DNA from: Octopus sinensis
Lineage: Eukaryota
Direction of reading: 5' to 3'
DNA length: 64,000 bases
Assembly: GCF_006345805.1 (NCBI RefSeq)
Contig: NC_043000.1
Location: 82,584,001 to 82,648,000, forward strand
This document shows positions 10,490-22,552 of the stretch, piece by piece. The notes beneath the pieces are model-generated. The model saw nothing but the letters and a program-made list of their open reading frames with translations, made no database searches and had not been told where the DNA came from. A program made the translations under genes and the position numbers. Every line of letters begins with the position of its first letter. The stretch's first letter is position 1.

Positions 10490-11772
10490 TTAGTTTAAGA
10501 AAGTTCTTGTGGTTTTTAACCTTTAAATTCAGATGCACATATCTCGGCTCGAACAAAACTTTATTAATCGAAATGAACACCATCAGAATCAACACACTTT
10601 TGCCAATGCGAAACAAGTTTATTTATGCCAGTAGCGTAAAAATCCTGCGTTCTGGTGGCGATGAAATCGTTGAAGGCGTGTTTGGCATCGTCTTGGTTTT
10701 TGGAGCATTTCTCACGCAGGAAGTTGTCGAGATGCTTGAAAAAGTGGTAGTCGGTGGGCGAGAGGTCTGGTGAGTATGGCGGATGAGGCAGAGTTTCGTA
10801 GCCCAATTCGTTCAACTTCTGCAGGGTCAGGTGTGCAGTCGAGCGTTGTCGAGGAGAAGATATTGGTCCTTTTATTTTGACCAATGCTGGCTGTTGTTGT
10901 CGGAGTTTATTATGCATTTCATTCCTTTGCTGACAGTACTTCTCCGCCGTAATGGTTTCGCCTGGATCCAAAGAGCTGTGATGGATGAGTCCGGCCGTAG
11001 ACCAACAAACAGTCACCATGACCTTCTTTTGGTGCAACTTTGGCTTCGGGATATACCGCGGAGCTTCTTTGGCGTCCAACCACTGAGCTGAGCGTCGCTG
11101 GTTGTCATAAAGAATCCACTTTTCATCGCAAGTTACAATCAGGTCGAGAAACGGATCGTTCTTGTTGCATAAAAGAAGTTAAGACGAGACTTCAAAACGA
11201 CGTTTTCTTTTGGGGGAGTAGGGTCGTTCAATTCGTGCGGCACCCATTTCTCAAGTATTTTTGTTTTTCCAATCTCTTTCAATAGTTGAAAAATTGTCGT
11301 ATATGTTATGTCTAATTCAGAAACAAGCTCTCTAACAGTTGTGCGTGCATTGGCATCGACTAAGGCTCTTAGTTGATCGTTGTCAACATCCGATGGTTGA
11401 CCACTACGCTTATCATCTTCAAGACTCTTGTTACCGCTACGAAATTTCTTGAACCACCATTGTGCTGTACGTTCATTAGTGATTCCAGGGCCAAACACAT
11501 CGTTGATATTGCGAGCTGTTTCAGCAGCTTTTCGGCCTAACTTGAACTGGAATAAGAAAATTGTGCGAATTTGCTTTGTGTCCATGTTGTATTCAACGTT
11601 CAGGAAAAAATGGCCAAATTAGTCAAAAAGAAAATGAGTAACACGATTAGATAGAGCGAAGAACAGACATTAGAAGATATACAAGTCAAAGTAATTTAAC
11701 GAAAATTAATTTGAAAATACATCATTTAAAACCAAAATTTAAAATTCCGCAAGAACTTTCTTGACAAACTAA
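10490..11772 (-). mobile_element. Full-length mariner (cecropia/Hsmar1-like), frameshifted transposase
   Basis: TIRs ttagttt(gtc)aagaaagttcttgYgg; TA TSD at 10488-89 and 11773-74; WVPHEL and HPPYSPDLSPTDY motifs. Confidence 0.95.
10564..11585 (-). pseudogene. Mariner DD34D transposase pseudogene
   Basis: ORFs 11139-11585 (KQIRTIFLFQFKLGRKAAETARNIN...KWVPHEL) and 10564-11079 (KKVMVTVCW...YSPDLSPTDYHFF...WQKCV), with frameshifts. Confidence 0.92.
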
Positions 11773-12143
11773 TATATATACAATCAATTGAATAGTAATA
11801 GACGATGGATAAATGTCAGCTCATTACTAGTTTCTTACGCTTTTTTTAATGGAAGAATGAGAACATTACTTCATAACAAAAAACCGTAATCGTCGCCTAA
11901 AACGTAATTTTACAAACGTAGCAATATCCCAAGAATACAACAGGGATGTGGCCGAAGTCTGTCGAGGCTGGCTATGAAATGGGAGAATGACCAACAAAGT
12001 TGGCCTTTGTGAGCACTACTGGGTGGAGTTAGATTAAGAATACAGTTTTTGGAAGGGTGTAATATGGTATTTAAGGTCAGCAACCCGGGTTAGATAGGAG
12101 TCTGCCTGACTGGTTCTTTGGTAGGCTAGAGTGTTGTGTAGGT

Positions 12144-12484
12144 CAGGGGTTCTCAACCGTTTTCTTTATCTATGGACCCCTTTGATTACCATTTTATTCT
12201 AGTGGACCCCGTAGCCATTTGATGTTTAAAACCTAATTTTAAAGATACTTCTGTCAAAATTTCTATTCTGTCTTTCACATATTAACGTGTGTAGTTTGAA
12301 CTATGCAAAATGTTAAAGAGACTTCGTAGCTGTTTCTTACAATAAATACGTCTAAGGTAAAAAAAATTTCCAGGGACCCTTAAAATACTACTGTGGATCC
12401 CCAATTTACTATTTCGTTGCATGGGCCTCCAAAAATCTTATATGGACCTTCAGGAGCCATATGGACCCCGGTTGAGATACTTTA
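12144..12484. mobile_element. hAT (Charlie-like) MITE, old
   Basis: Left terminus caggggttctcaacc; degraded right terminus ggttgagatac; subterminal tggaccc repeats; TSD not recognisable. Confidence 0.6.
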
Positions 12485-12489
12485 TCATA

Positions 12490-13735
12490 GTAGGCTTAGA
12501 GAAGTGAGTAACTGGGAGAGGACCGAAGATAAAGTAAAGATAAAGAATAAAGAAAGCAAAAAGTAAAAGTGGAGAATAAATGTATATATAAAGCCAGTTA
12601 GGCATAGGCTCGGGGTTTAGGATTCGCTAGCTAAGGCTAAAGAACAAAGGGAAGAGAGCAGACATACACAGAATTTAGGGGTATTCTGCGGATAATGGTT
12701 GAATGTTGGAGGAGGGTACGAAGGCAATCGAATGATAAGCTCTAACTTTTAAGGAATTGTAGTGTTATGCGCGATTGATTTATCTGGTAAAGTGAAAATA
12801 TGTAGGGTGTTGTTTTAGATAAGAATATGTTATAAGGGTTTGTGGAACCCGCTTATAGTATAAGGACATGTTTGCCTGATGAGGAAAAACCTGACGAGTA
12901 CTACTAATCATTAAGAGGTTCAAAGAAAAAGGGGCTTATATAATAAACTACACCAAGTACCGAGTTAGAGGAAATACCAGATCGGATATAAAGAAAGCCA
13001 GCATTAGGAAGTAGTCAAATGATTAATAATTTGGAATGTTATATAAGTGGCTTTGATATTATCTAATTAGACAGTATAATCACCATTGTGTAAATCAGGT
13101 AATTCAGTTCAGAACAATAGTCGCGGGTAAGAGGTTTGGATAGTGTGTTTCATCTATTATTTAATATGCGCAGCACAAATAGCTGTATCTTGATATAAGG
13201 ATTACTCAGTGAAAATGCTTTAAAATGACTAGGGTTTATAGGCTGCAACTTCTAGGTTAGATATCTTTGCTACCACTAATGCATAAAACTGGGTACATCA
13301 CAAATAGAACGGTTAGTTCCTTCAATATAGCATACCATGCAAGTATAGTAAGAGTAGTTACGAAGTAATGGTAAAGAAGAACGAAACTAGAATGACTCGA
13401 ACAATTAAGGAGATCAATCGACTTTTGGTTCAACAATAGGGAGAGTAAATTAGCTTGGCCCTAGGTTAGGAGCTATTATAGAGGTTGTTTAATGTCCTTA
13501 AAATGTCTAAAGGTGTAGGTCTACTTTCTTATTTATTAACAGCTCCATGCAACAAAGCCTGCACCTGTATTTGCTGTTTGAGTACGGTTTAACGACACTA
13601 ATGATGTCCCAACTCAAACCAAATTTGGCAGGTTTTCTCTGTGTACACAACCGGAATATCCTATTTGATACTTACCATCCATTGGCCGGAACTACAGGTT
13701 TACTCAAACCTACCTGGTGCATATTTTTTTAGTTA
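12490..13735 (-). mobile_element. Highly degenerate Penelope-like remnant(s)
   Basis: Minus-strand LSWDIISVVKPYSNSKYRCRLCCME (about 13545-13620) resembles the W..II...PY...RC.LC..E segment of PLE GIY-YIG endonucleases; the rest is too decayed to read. Confidence 0.4.
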
Positions 13736-13784
13736 CCTTATTCTATCTGAATCCTTATTTTACTATTATATATATATATATATA

Positions 13785-13960
13785 TCAGTCATTTGACAAC
13801 GACCATGCTGGAGCACAGCCTTGAAGGGGTCTTTGGTCGAATGAATCGACTTATTTATTAAGCATAGTACTTATTATATCGGTGACTTTTGCTGAACCGT
13901 TAAGTTACGGGGACGTAAACACACCAATACCGGTCGTCAAACGGCAAGCACAAACACAAA
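13785..13960 (-). mobile_element. SINE family B tail
   Basis: cagtcatttgac...ccatgctggagcac...gctgaaccgttaagttacggggacgtaaacacacca. Confidence 0.75.
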
Positions 13961-13985
13961 GACACACACACCGACACATAGATAC

Positions 13986-14065
<80 letters not shown>

Positions 14066-14072
14066 ATGTATG

Positions 14073-14103
<31 letters not shown>

Positions 14104-14120
14104 GTATGTATGTATGTATA

Positions 14121-14669
14121 TGAGGGTGAGTCAAAAAGTAATGCCATTTTGTTTAGGACAGGTATAATTACCAACACAGGAACATGTATCATACATCAAA
14201 ATGAAGCTGGTCCTCTGTGAATCACATCCTTACTTCTCAACATAGTCACCGTTTCTGTCAATAGCAATGTACCACCTTCGAATGAGAGCATGTATCCATG
14301 TCCCGTAAAATTCTGTTGACTGTTCTTTGAGACACTTCTTCACTACAGTTTTCACTTCCTTGTCCCTGGATTGTCATCTTTTCGGCCCCATGAAAGAGAG
14401 CTTGAGAGGCAAACATTATTCCAGTGATGAGGAAGTGAAAACTGTAGTGAAGAAGTGGCTCAAAGAACAGTGAACAGAATTTTACCGGACAGATATGCAT
14501 ACTTTCATTCGAAGGTGAAACATTGCTATTGAGAGAAACAGTAACTATATTGAGAAGTAGGGATGTGATCCACAGAGGACCAGCTTCATTTTGATGTATG
14601 ATACATATTCCTGTGTTGGTAATTATACTTGTCCGAAACAAAATGGCATTACTTTGTGACTCAACCTCG
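14121..14669. mobile_element. Fold-back mariner-derived MITE made of two inverted 3' ends
   Basis: 240-bp arms (14121-14360 and 14430-14669), about 23 mismatches by manual count, 69-bp spacer, TA flanks; encodes HLFGPMKESLRGKHYSSDEEVKTVVKKWL. Confidence 0.92.
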
Positions 14670-14727
14670 TATACATATAAAGAATATGTGGGGTTTAGTT
14701 CACTTGCGATCTAAACGAATAAGCAGG

Positions 14728-14940
14728 AGAATAATGTTCATCGTCTACCATCTTTTTTCAGAGGATATGGATGTTGGTCGATACAGATCTTTAGTTAAAA
14801 TCTCAGGTAAATCCAGGCGGTATTCTGCCAAAATACCGCCTGGATTTACCAGGGATTTTAACTAAGGACTTGTACCTTCATGGAAGTACCGACCAACATC
14901 CATATCCTCTGGGAAAAAGAAAAGTCGTGAATATTATTCT
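14728..14940. repeat. Imperfect ~210-bp palindrome, loop ctgccaa (14825-14831)
   Basis: cagaggatatggatgttggtcg...ggtaaatccaggcggtatt pairs with aataccgcctggatttacc...cgaccaacatccatatcctctg. Confidence 0.88.
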
Positions 14941-15063
14941 TCTAGCTAACTTTACTCTTTATACGTCTATTTATTCCTTTATTCTTCTATTTTCTTCCTT
15001 ATAAGCTGTAAATTTTATTCCTTGTAATTTGTAAATTTTCTCTGTCTAAAATATTCAAATTTT

Positions 15064-15139
15064 GTCTCTGATGACGGAATGCCCAGTATGTGGACATGCT
15101 AACCTACAACAGGGGTTATCCCAGAAACGGCTGTAAGAC
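15064..15139 (+). ncRNA. Type I hammerhead-like motif, canonical core, long stem II insert (PLE terminal repeat)
   Basis: gtct-CTGATGA-cggaat[...]atccca-GAAA-cggctgt-a-agac; stem I gtct/agac. Confidence 0.55.
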
Positions 15140-15293
15140 TACAAATTCACCTTACCCTAATTAAATTATTCTAAATGACTTGAGATGCACGTTCTGCTTT
15201 GGTTTTTCATTTTTCTTTTAATATAATATAATGTAATATAATTAATATATATATACATACGTACGTACATACATACATACATACATACATACA

Positions 15294-15325
<32 letters not shown>

Positions 15326-15326
15326 C

Positions 15327-15468
15327 ACGACAGGCTTCTTTCAATTTCCGTCTACCAAATCAACTTACAAGGCTTTGGTCGGCCTGAAGCTATAGTAGAA
15401 GACACTAACCCAAGGTGCCACGCAGTGAGACTGAACCCAGAACCATGTGGTTGGGAAGCAAGCTTCTT
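15327..15468 (-). mobile_element. SINE family B head and core
   Basis: Matches other family B copies. Confidence 0.8.
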
Positions 15469-15482
15469 ATATCATATATTTT

Positions 15483-15648
<166 letters not shown>

Positions 15649-16085
15649 CGTTGCCATGCAAAATTTCAGCAATGCACGTGCATGAGATTATTCACACGTA
15701 TTTGTTCCCGTGCCTTCCATGCTCGATGCAGCGCCCTCGAGAGTGTTTACGCAAGCTAAAATTTTATGTCCAATAAGGCTTGCACAGCACCTCACAGAAC
15801 TTCTTCATCCTATTGTTATGAACCAGAGACAAGCAAAGGAAAGATATCCAGTCCCCATGTAGGTAGCAGTCTCAGGAATGTAGGAGTGCCATGGTCTCAT
15901 GAGCAAGCAAAAGATCCCCAAAATGATGGATGCCGTTCCTTGCATATTTGGTTTTATATCAGAGTGACCAAGAGACACACACCTAACTACATGTACATGC
16001 AACTATAAATGTGTGTATGCATGTATGTATGTATGCATATATGTATTTATGTATGTATATACATACATACAGACAGACAGAGATG

Positions 16086-16120
<35 letters not shown>

Positions 16121-17304
16121 TCACATGCAAAGGTACCGCCCCTATATACACACACACACACAAACATATATATATATATGTGTGTTCGTGTGTGTGTGTG
16201 TGTGTGTGTGTGTGAAGTATTTATTATACAGAAGTACAAAGTAAATAATATCAATATTAGTGTATTAGTGTAGTAAAACAAAGAATAAAGCTGAAATAAT
16301 TTTCTAATACCAATTTTATAACGGTTTCTTTTCTCGAATCTTCAGGAATAATAACGAACAATTTGGTCAATCATTGCATGTATAATAAAAACAAATACGT
16401 TGAGAAGTAGCGGGAAGCACGCGAGACTCGAATGGCAAAGCAAGTGAGAAAGTGCAATGTCATTGGTGCAGTCAACGAGCTCGTTCATAGAGACATGTAA
16501 TTGTTGAATGATTAAAAAAATATGTTTGAGAAGAAAATATTTTGCATGTCTATGGTCGATTTATTACTGTCAGTTTTAGTAAAAAAATAAATGATAGTTT
16601 GTTTTTTTTTGTTTTTTTTTCAGTATATTTACTTCGTCTTCTCCGTATGTCACGATGGAGTGAGAAATAACAGCGTAAAATATACGCTGGTCTGGAAAAC
16701 TTTAGCTCAAGTGATGGAAAGTCCATATTTCACTCAACGAGAGAGACAAAACCCTTAAAAATGACATTCGGTTTTCAAATTACAGATAGCCCACGAGATA
16801 CGAGCATCTACCAGGAGCCATTGAACGAACAACAAGAAATAAGAAAAGAAAGAACAAAAAAGAGGACTCTTGAAATCCGAATTACGAAGTGCATTAAATC
16901 GCATCTGTGAGCCCATGAATTTCAGCCACAATTTTTACCTGAAAATCGATCGTATTTACTTGCCAATCGTTCTTCTTGCTCTCCGGACCAGCCGCATGGA
17001 GATCATACTAAAACAATTACAACAAACAGGAGTTGTTGAACCACTGAAAAATGCAATAAAAAATTCATCTACACATCCTCCAAAATACGTCTGAAATGTG
17101 AGAGAACCCACTTCTAATCGGTCCATCAATGCAATACCGTCCAACGAATGGTTTGAGCAATCGATTCAGACAGACGACACGGACAGACAATCTAACTGTC
17201 GGTTCGAACGGAACAACAATGTTGAAATGACGACAAACATTACTTCTCAGTACAGTTACTACTTTCATCTCTTATAGAGATTTTCTATCTAGCTACTTTG
17301 CTAT

Positions 17305-17316
17305 ATATATATATAT

Positions 17317-17350
<34 letters not shown>

Positions 17351-17424
17351 AATATAATATAAATAATATATAAGTATATAAATATATGCATATATACATA
17401 CATATATATACATAGCTACATATA

Positions 17425-17492
<68 letters not shown>

Positions 17493-17500
17493 CATATATG
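17305..17500. repeat. (TA)n-rich microsatellite
   Basis: Direct. Confidence 0.92.
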
Positions 17501-18115
17501 AGTACAGGACATAAAAAAACGTTGAACACAATGAGAAACGAAGCATAAAAACAAAAACATAGGAACGAACTTTTTTTCAAACAACGAAAATAACAGAGAA
17601 ACAAGATATACAGCACAAGGAATATTCCCCTTCTTCAGTTGTCCCTGTTTCATCTAATTTGCGTTCGAAGGTAAGGACAAGACACGACTTCGTTGAAACA
17701 ATCCTTCCCGCAAAGCAAATTTAAAAAATTAGGGATTTTTTGCGGAGGGTGAAAGTGGTAACAAGAACAGGACAGTAAGAACAAAACTGTAAAAACAATA
17801 AAAAAGTACAAACCGTAAAAGACAGAACAATGAGAACAAAACAGTAAAAACAAACGATGAGGGCTGTTAAGTCAAGACGAGGGAAAAATTATTCTGAACG
17901 CTTAAGGAGACAGCTTATGTAGAGACGGGATAAGCTGGTCTGGTCTTTGTGAAGATAGTCGGAAGATAGTTAGAAAGATGGCTTCCCTCTGATCACGTGT
18001 CAGCGACGAGAGAGTCGAGGAGGAGTAAGAAAGAGGGAACAGTGAATGGGGAGTGGAGAAGAATAGGGAAGTGTCGGAGAGAAAACCAGAAAGGATGAAG
18101 AACAAGAGACAATGG
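17500..18115 (-). mobile_element. Probable Penelope-like terminal-repeat remnant
   Basis: Strong A/G strand skew; partial hammerhead pieces (reverse complement ctgaagaagggg near 17627-17641; cttcgaacgca near 17658-17668); no complete motif. Confidence 0.3.
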
Positions 18116-18118
18116 AAC

Positions 18119-18277
18119 TTCTTTCAGTTTCCCTCTACTAAATCCACTCACAAGGCTTTGGTCAGCCCGAGGCTATAGTAGGAGACACTTGTTGTCTGAG
18201 GTGTCACGCAGTGGAACTGAGCCCGGAACCATGTAGTTGGAAAACAAGCTTTTTACCACGCAGCCACACTTGCGCCT
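18119..18277 (-). mobile_element. SINE family B head and core
   Basis: Matches other family B copies, including the 5' end ggcgcaagtgtggctgcgtggtaa. Confidence 0.82.
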
Positions 18278-19235
18278 AGACATGATTATCTCCCTTACAA
18301 TAACTACCGCCATGACTCCACGTGTAAAAGTACGGAAAAATAGCTCAAATGGGCCAATAGCATGAATTTGAATAATCAAGTGATATAGGTACACGAAAAA
18401 TGCTGCACAGGCATAAAAAATATGTTAGAAAATGAAACTAAAAACCGAACAGTAATTTTTATGTTATTGACTTCGATAATGTTACTTATGTATTAATATT
18501 ATTATTATTGTTGTTGTTGTTGTTGTTGTTGTTATAATTATTATCATCAAATATAATTTTATGTGTGTGTGTTTATAGGTTGCTGCTATTGTTGTTTCCT
18601 ATTATTAACGTATTTACTATTTTATTATCATATGTTATCATTTTCATTGTTCTTTTAGTAATGTTTATGAATCAATATCGCAGCAAGAAATTTTCGGTTA
18701 TTTTTGTAATTATCACTGCATTTATTATCATCATCATCATCAACAACAACATCCCCACCACCACCACCACAATGATCATCGTCGTCGTCGTCGTCGTCAC
18801 CATCATCATAATAATAATTTTAACGTTCTGTTGTTGTTGTTGTTATTATTGTTGTTATCGCATGTTAGTATACATGTATTGTTTTAATATTGTCTATAAA
18901 TCAATTTTATAACTTGGACTACAAAGAAATGTTCGTTGGAAATACAACAGCACTGAAGTTTATTGAACTGAATTGAATTAAATCAAAAATCTATGGCAAT
19001 CAGATAATAGAACATAGATATTACGCAACATAGCATTGTTATATATGATATTGTGTAGCTATTGGGCCAGATAGCATTACTCCATATGATATAACATAGA
19101 TACTAGACAACACAACAGCTACGTATGATGGAGCGTAGTTAGTTATTTGGCAACATAACATTACATACATACGTACATACATACATACATGCATACATAC
19201 ATATATACATGCATATATATATATATATAATATAT

Positions 19236-19281
<46 letters not shown>

Positions 19282-19282
19282 T

Positions 19283-19398
19283 ACGACGGGCTTCTTTCAG
19301 TTCCTTTTACCAAATCCACTCACAAGGCTTTGGTCGGCCTGAGGCTATAGTAGAAGACACTTGCACAAGGTGCCACGCAGTGGACTAAAACCGGAACC

Positions 19399-19402
<4 letters not shown>
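19283..19402 (-). mobile_element. SINE family B, truncated
   Basis: Core sequence match. Confidence 0.78.
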
Positions 19403-19453
<51 letters not shown>

Positions 19454-19779
19454 TTTATATACACACACACGCACGCACACACACATACACATACAGTCAT
19501 ACGCACACACATGCACACAGAGTACGAGAGGTATTTGGTAATTTAGTAAAGCAATTCTAATCTAGCAAAAAAACAAACGTAGTTTAATAAAAAATTAAAC
19601 CACATTTTCTTGATCAGCTTTCTTATAAGATTGTTTTGTGAATCTGCCTTCAGCTTTGATGACTGCTTTAATACGGGACCGAAATCGTTGACATGCTCGC
19701 ATTCAATGGTCCTTATTTATTTCGGACGTCATCTGGACAATGGTGACCTTCAGTGAAGCTACAGTATTGGGAAGATGTC

Positions 19780-19992
19780 AAGGCGGCGAGCTGGCAGAAA
19801 CGTCAACACGCCGAGCGAAATGCTTAGCGGTATTTCGTGTCTTTAAGTTCTGAGTTCAAATTCCACCAAGGTCGACTTTGCCTTTCATCCTTTAGGGGTC
19901 GACAAATTAAGTACCAGTTGCGTACTGGGTAGATTTAATCGACTGGCCCCCTCCCCAAAAATTTCGGGCCTTGTACCTAGAGAAGAAAAGAA
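19780..19992 (+). mobile_element. SINE family A with 15-bp TSD
   Basis: tattgggaagatgtc at 19765-19779 and 19993-20007. Confidence 0.92.
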
Positions 19993-20514
19993 TATTGGGA
20001 AGATGTCGATTAGTTTCCCTTTTACAAGCGCTCCAAATATAGTAGTCCATGCTATTTAAATCTGGTGAGTTGGGAGGAGTGAAGTTTGATGCTATATGAT
20101 CATAAAGATTATCTGACCTCCATTCTTGAGTTTCGTGGGCTTTGTGAGAAGATACTGAGTCCTATTGAAACACATATGATCTTTTATTGCGCACTTCATC
20201 TATACAGGACCTAACAGCTGTCTTCAGCACCTCAACGTTTTCAGCACCTTTATTTCTAAAACCTTGTGAAAAGATTTGAAGTAGCATGACATGACTTTCG
20301 TTATTCTCCACTCTTAAAATCATCACAGCTACTGGAAAGTTAATGTGCATCACTATGGAGACATCAGAAGTATCATTTCTCTTGTTGCACATTTGATTGA
20401 AGTTTTTGCTCGAGGTTTTTCTCATTAGAGGAAAACCAGAGAAAGGGCTTTTAAGCTTGTTAGGTCACCGTTTTGGTATGGATCAAGCGGTTTTTCTGTG
20501 AATTTGCGGACATA

Positions 20515-21760
20515 TCAGGTCATCCCATAAGTTCTGTCCGATTTTACCGTTTTTTAAATTGAATGAAATTTAATAGTATTTTAGATTGGAATTAAAAATT
20601 ATTTTGATGCATTTGTGTACATTTAAACTAATTAAATATTATTTTACAGAATAATAGAATTAAAATTTCTTTGATTAAAACCCTTTTTAATATGGAAATA
20701 TCCAATGAGTACAAAAAAGGAAACTCTGCAGCCGAAGCGAGTCGAAGCATACACTCAGTTTATGGGAAAGAATGCTTGAATGAAAGAACTTACAGAAGAT
20801 GGTTTGCAAAATTCAGTAGTGATGATTTCAGCCTTGAAGATGAAGATCGAACTAGGATATCCTGTTGAGCTTGATGATAAGCTCCTTGAGGCATTACTTA
20901 AAGAAAATCGTGCATTATCAGTTGAAGAATTGGCAATAAGGCTTAGTTCAAACCATACAACTGTTCAGCGTCATCTTCAACAACTTGGAAAGGTTCCTAA
21001 ACTTGGAAAATGGGTGCCTCATGAATTGTCCGAAAGCAACTGCAAATCCCGAGTTGACATCTGCTCTTCTCTCCATTCTCACGAACTCATTTCACCCTTT
21101 TTGGATAGACTTGTGACTGGTGACGAAAAATGGATCTTCTATCGAAATGTTAAACGTCGTAAACAGTGGCTTGGTAAAAGGGAAAAAGCTCAACCGCAAC
21201 CGAGAAGGAAACTTCCTGGAAAAAAAGTTCTTCTCTCTATCTGGTGGGATTGCAAAGGAGTACTTCACTTTGAATTGTTACCACCTAATGCAACAATCAA
21301 TGCTCAAATCTACTGTCAGCAACTAAAGCGTTTGAATCAAGCTTTGAAGAAAAAAGACCCACTTTAGTGAATCGAAAAGGAGTGATGTTTCATCAGGACA
21401 ATGCGCGACCCCACACTGCAAAGATCACATCACAATAGATCGAAAAGCTTGGTTGGGAAAAAATTCCTCATCCACCTTATTCTCCCGACCTTGCTCCTTC
21501 ATTTGTTTCGTAGTTTACAGAATCATTTGGGGGAGATAATTTTCGCAAGCCAGGAGGAGGCCGAAACTGACATTTCAGAGTTCTTCGCTTTGAAACCAAA
21601 AGAGTTTTACATTGATGGGATTAAAAAGCTTGTAAATAGATGGAAGGAAGTCATATATATTCAGGGAAAGTACAGTGATGGTTAGATTTCAATTAAATAT
21701 AACATTTGATCACTTGTTTTCTTTATTCAAAATTCGGATAGAACTTATGGGATGACCTGA
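20515..21760 (+). mobile_element. Near full-length mariner (DD34D), frameshifted
   Basis: TIR tcaggtcatcccataagttctRtccga at both ends; TA TSD at 20513-14 and 21761-62; WVPHEL, VTGDEKW, HQDNARPH and HPPYSPDLAP motifs. Confidence 0.95.
20691..21685 (+). pseudogene. Mariner transposase pseudogene
   Basis: ORF pieces 20671-20868, 20780-21367 and 21401-21685. Confidence 0.9.
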
Positions 21761-22338
21761 TAAATTGACCTTTCCTCAGTACATATAACTGGTATCGAAT
21801 GTTTCTCAAGCACCATACTGATGATAGTCCACTACGATTTGAAGTTCTTTGGTGATCACCCTCATTAATTTTCCAGCATCTTCATTGATGTAATGAACCC
21901 ATTGGATATATTACGGTGGCCTTTTATTTCCCGAACGTTTTTTTTACTCTTTGATAGTTGAAACATTCTTATTCCTATCAGAAGCTTCTAATTCCATCTT
22001 AACTTTGTGCACATAAGATCTTGCAACATTTAGAAATTTGACAATTTCTAAATCGCTGTATACCCCATATATGGCAAGCATGACTGTATGTCCTTTCATT
22101 TTTTATGTTAGAATTTCATCTGCCATGAGGAAATCTGACATAAATAACTTTTAAATTGATTTGAGGTTAGCAAAATACTGATAATTAAGTGTCCTCAATT
22201 ACCCTCCATCACCCAGTTTATATGGTAATATAATTTATTTGAAAATGTGACATAGCTAAAAGATAACATACCGTAGCTTGCAGATAACATAGTATAGTTA
22301 CTAAATTATCTAGTATATCTAGCGGGTGACATAATATA

Positions 22339-22552
22339 GGTTTAAAATTTTTGGCACAAGGCCAGCAAGTTCGAGGGAGAGGTTAAGTCGATTACAGCGA
22401 CCCCAGTGATGAACTGGTACTTATTTTATCGACAGTGAGAGGATGAAAGGCAAAGTCGACTTCGGTGGAATTTGAATTCAAAACGTAAAGACGGGCGAAA
22501 TGCCGCTAAGCATTTTGCCTAGCGTGCTAACGATTCTGCCAGCTCGCCGCCC
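22339..22552 (-). mobile_element. SINE family A
   Basis: Full head and core; tatagttactaaatta duplicated on either side (about 22293-22308 and 22565-22580). Confidence 0.88.

Larger units (their letters stand above)
19523..22310 (-). mobile_element. DD37D (maT)-type transposon relic interrupted by a SINE and a mariner
   Basis: Minus-strand FQ*DSVSSH...PPNSPDLNSMDYYIW with exactly 37 residues between the 2nd and 3rd D; RKGQ-FMS joins across the mariner; terminus tacgagag at 19523; upper end approximate. Confidence 0.85.

Noticed and set aside
10783-11622. Plus-strand ORFs of 64-102 aa
   Set aside because: Antisense shadows of the minus-strand mariner transposase.
12874-12905. ctgatgaggaaaaacctgacga as a hammerhead
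   Set aside because: No GAAA box after the putative stem II and no stem III or stem I.
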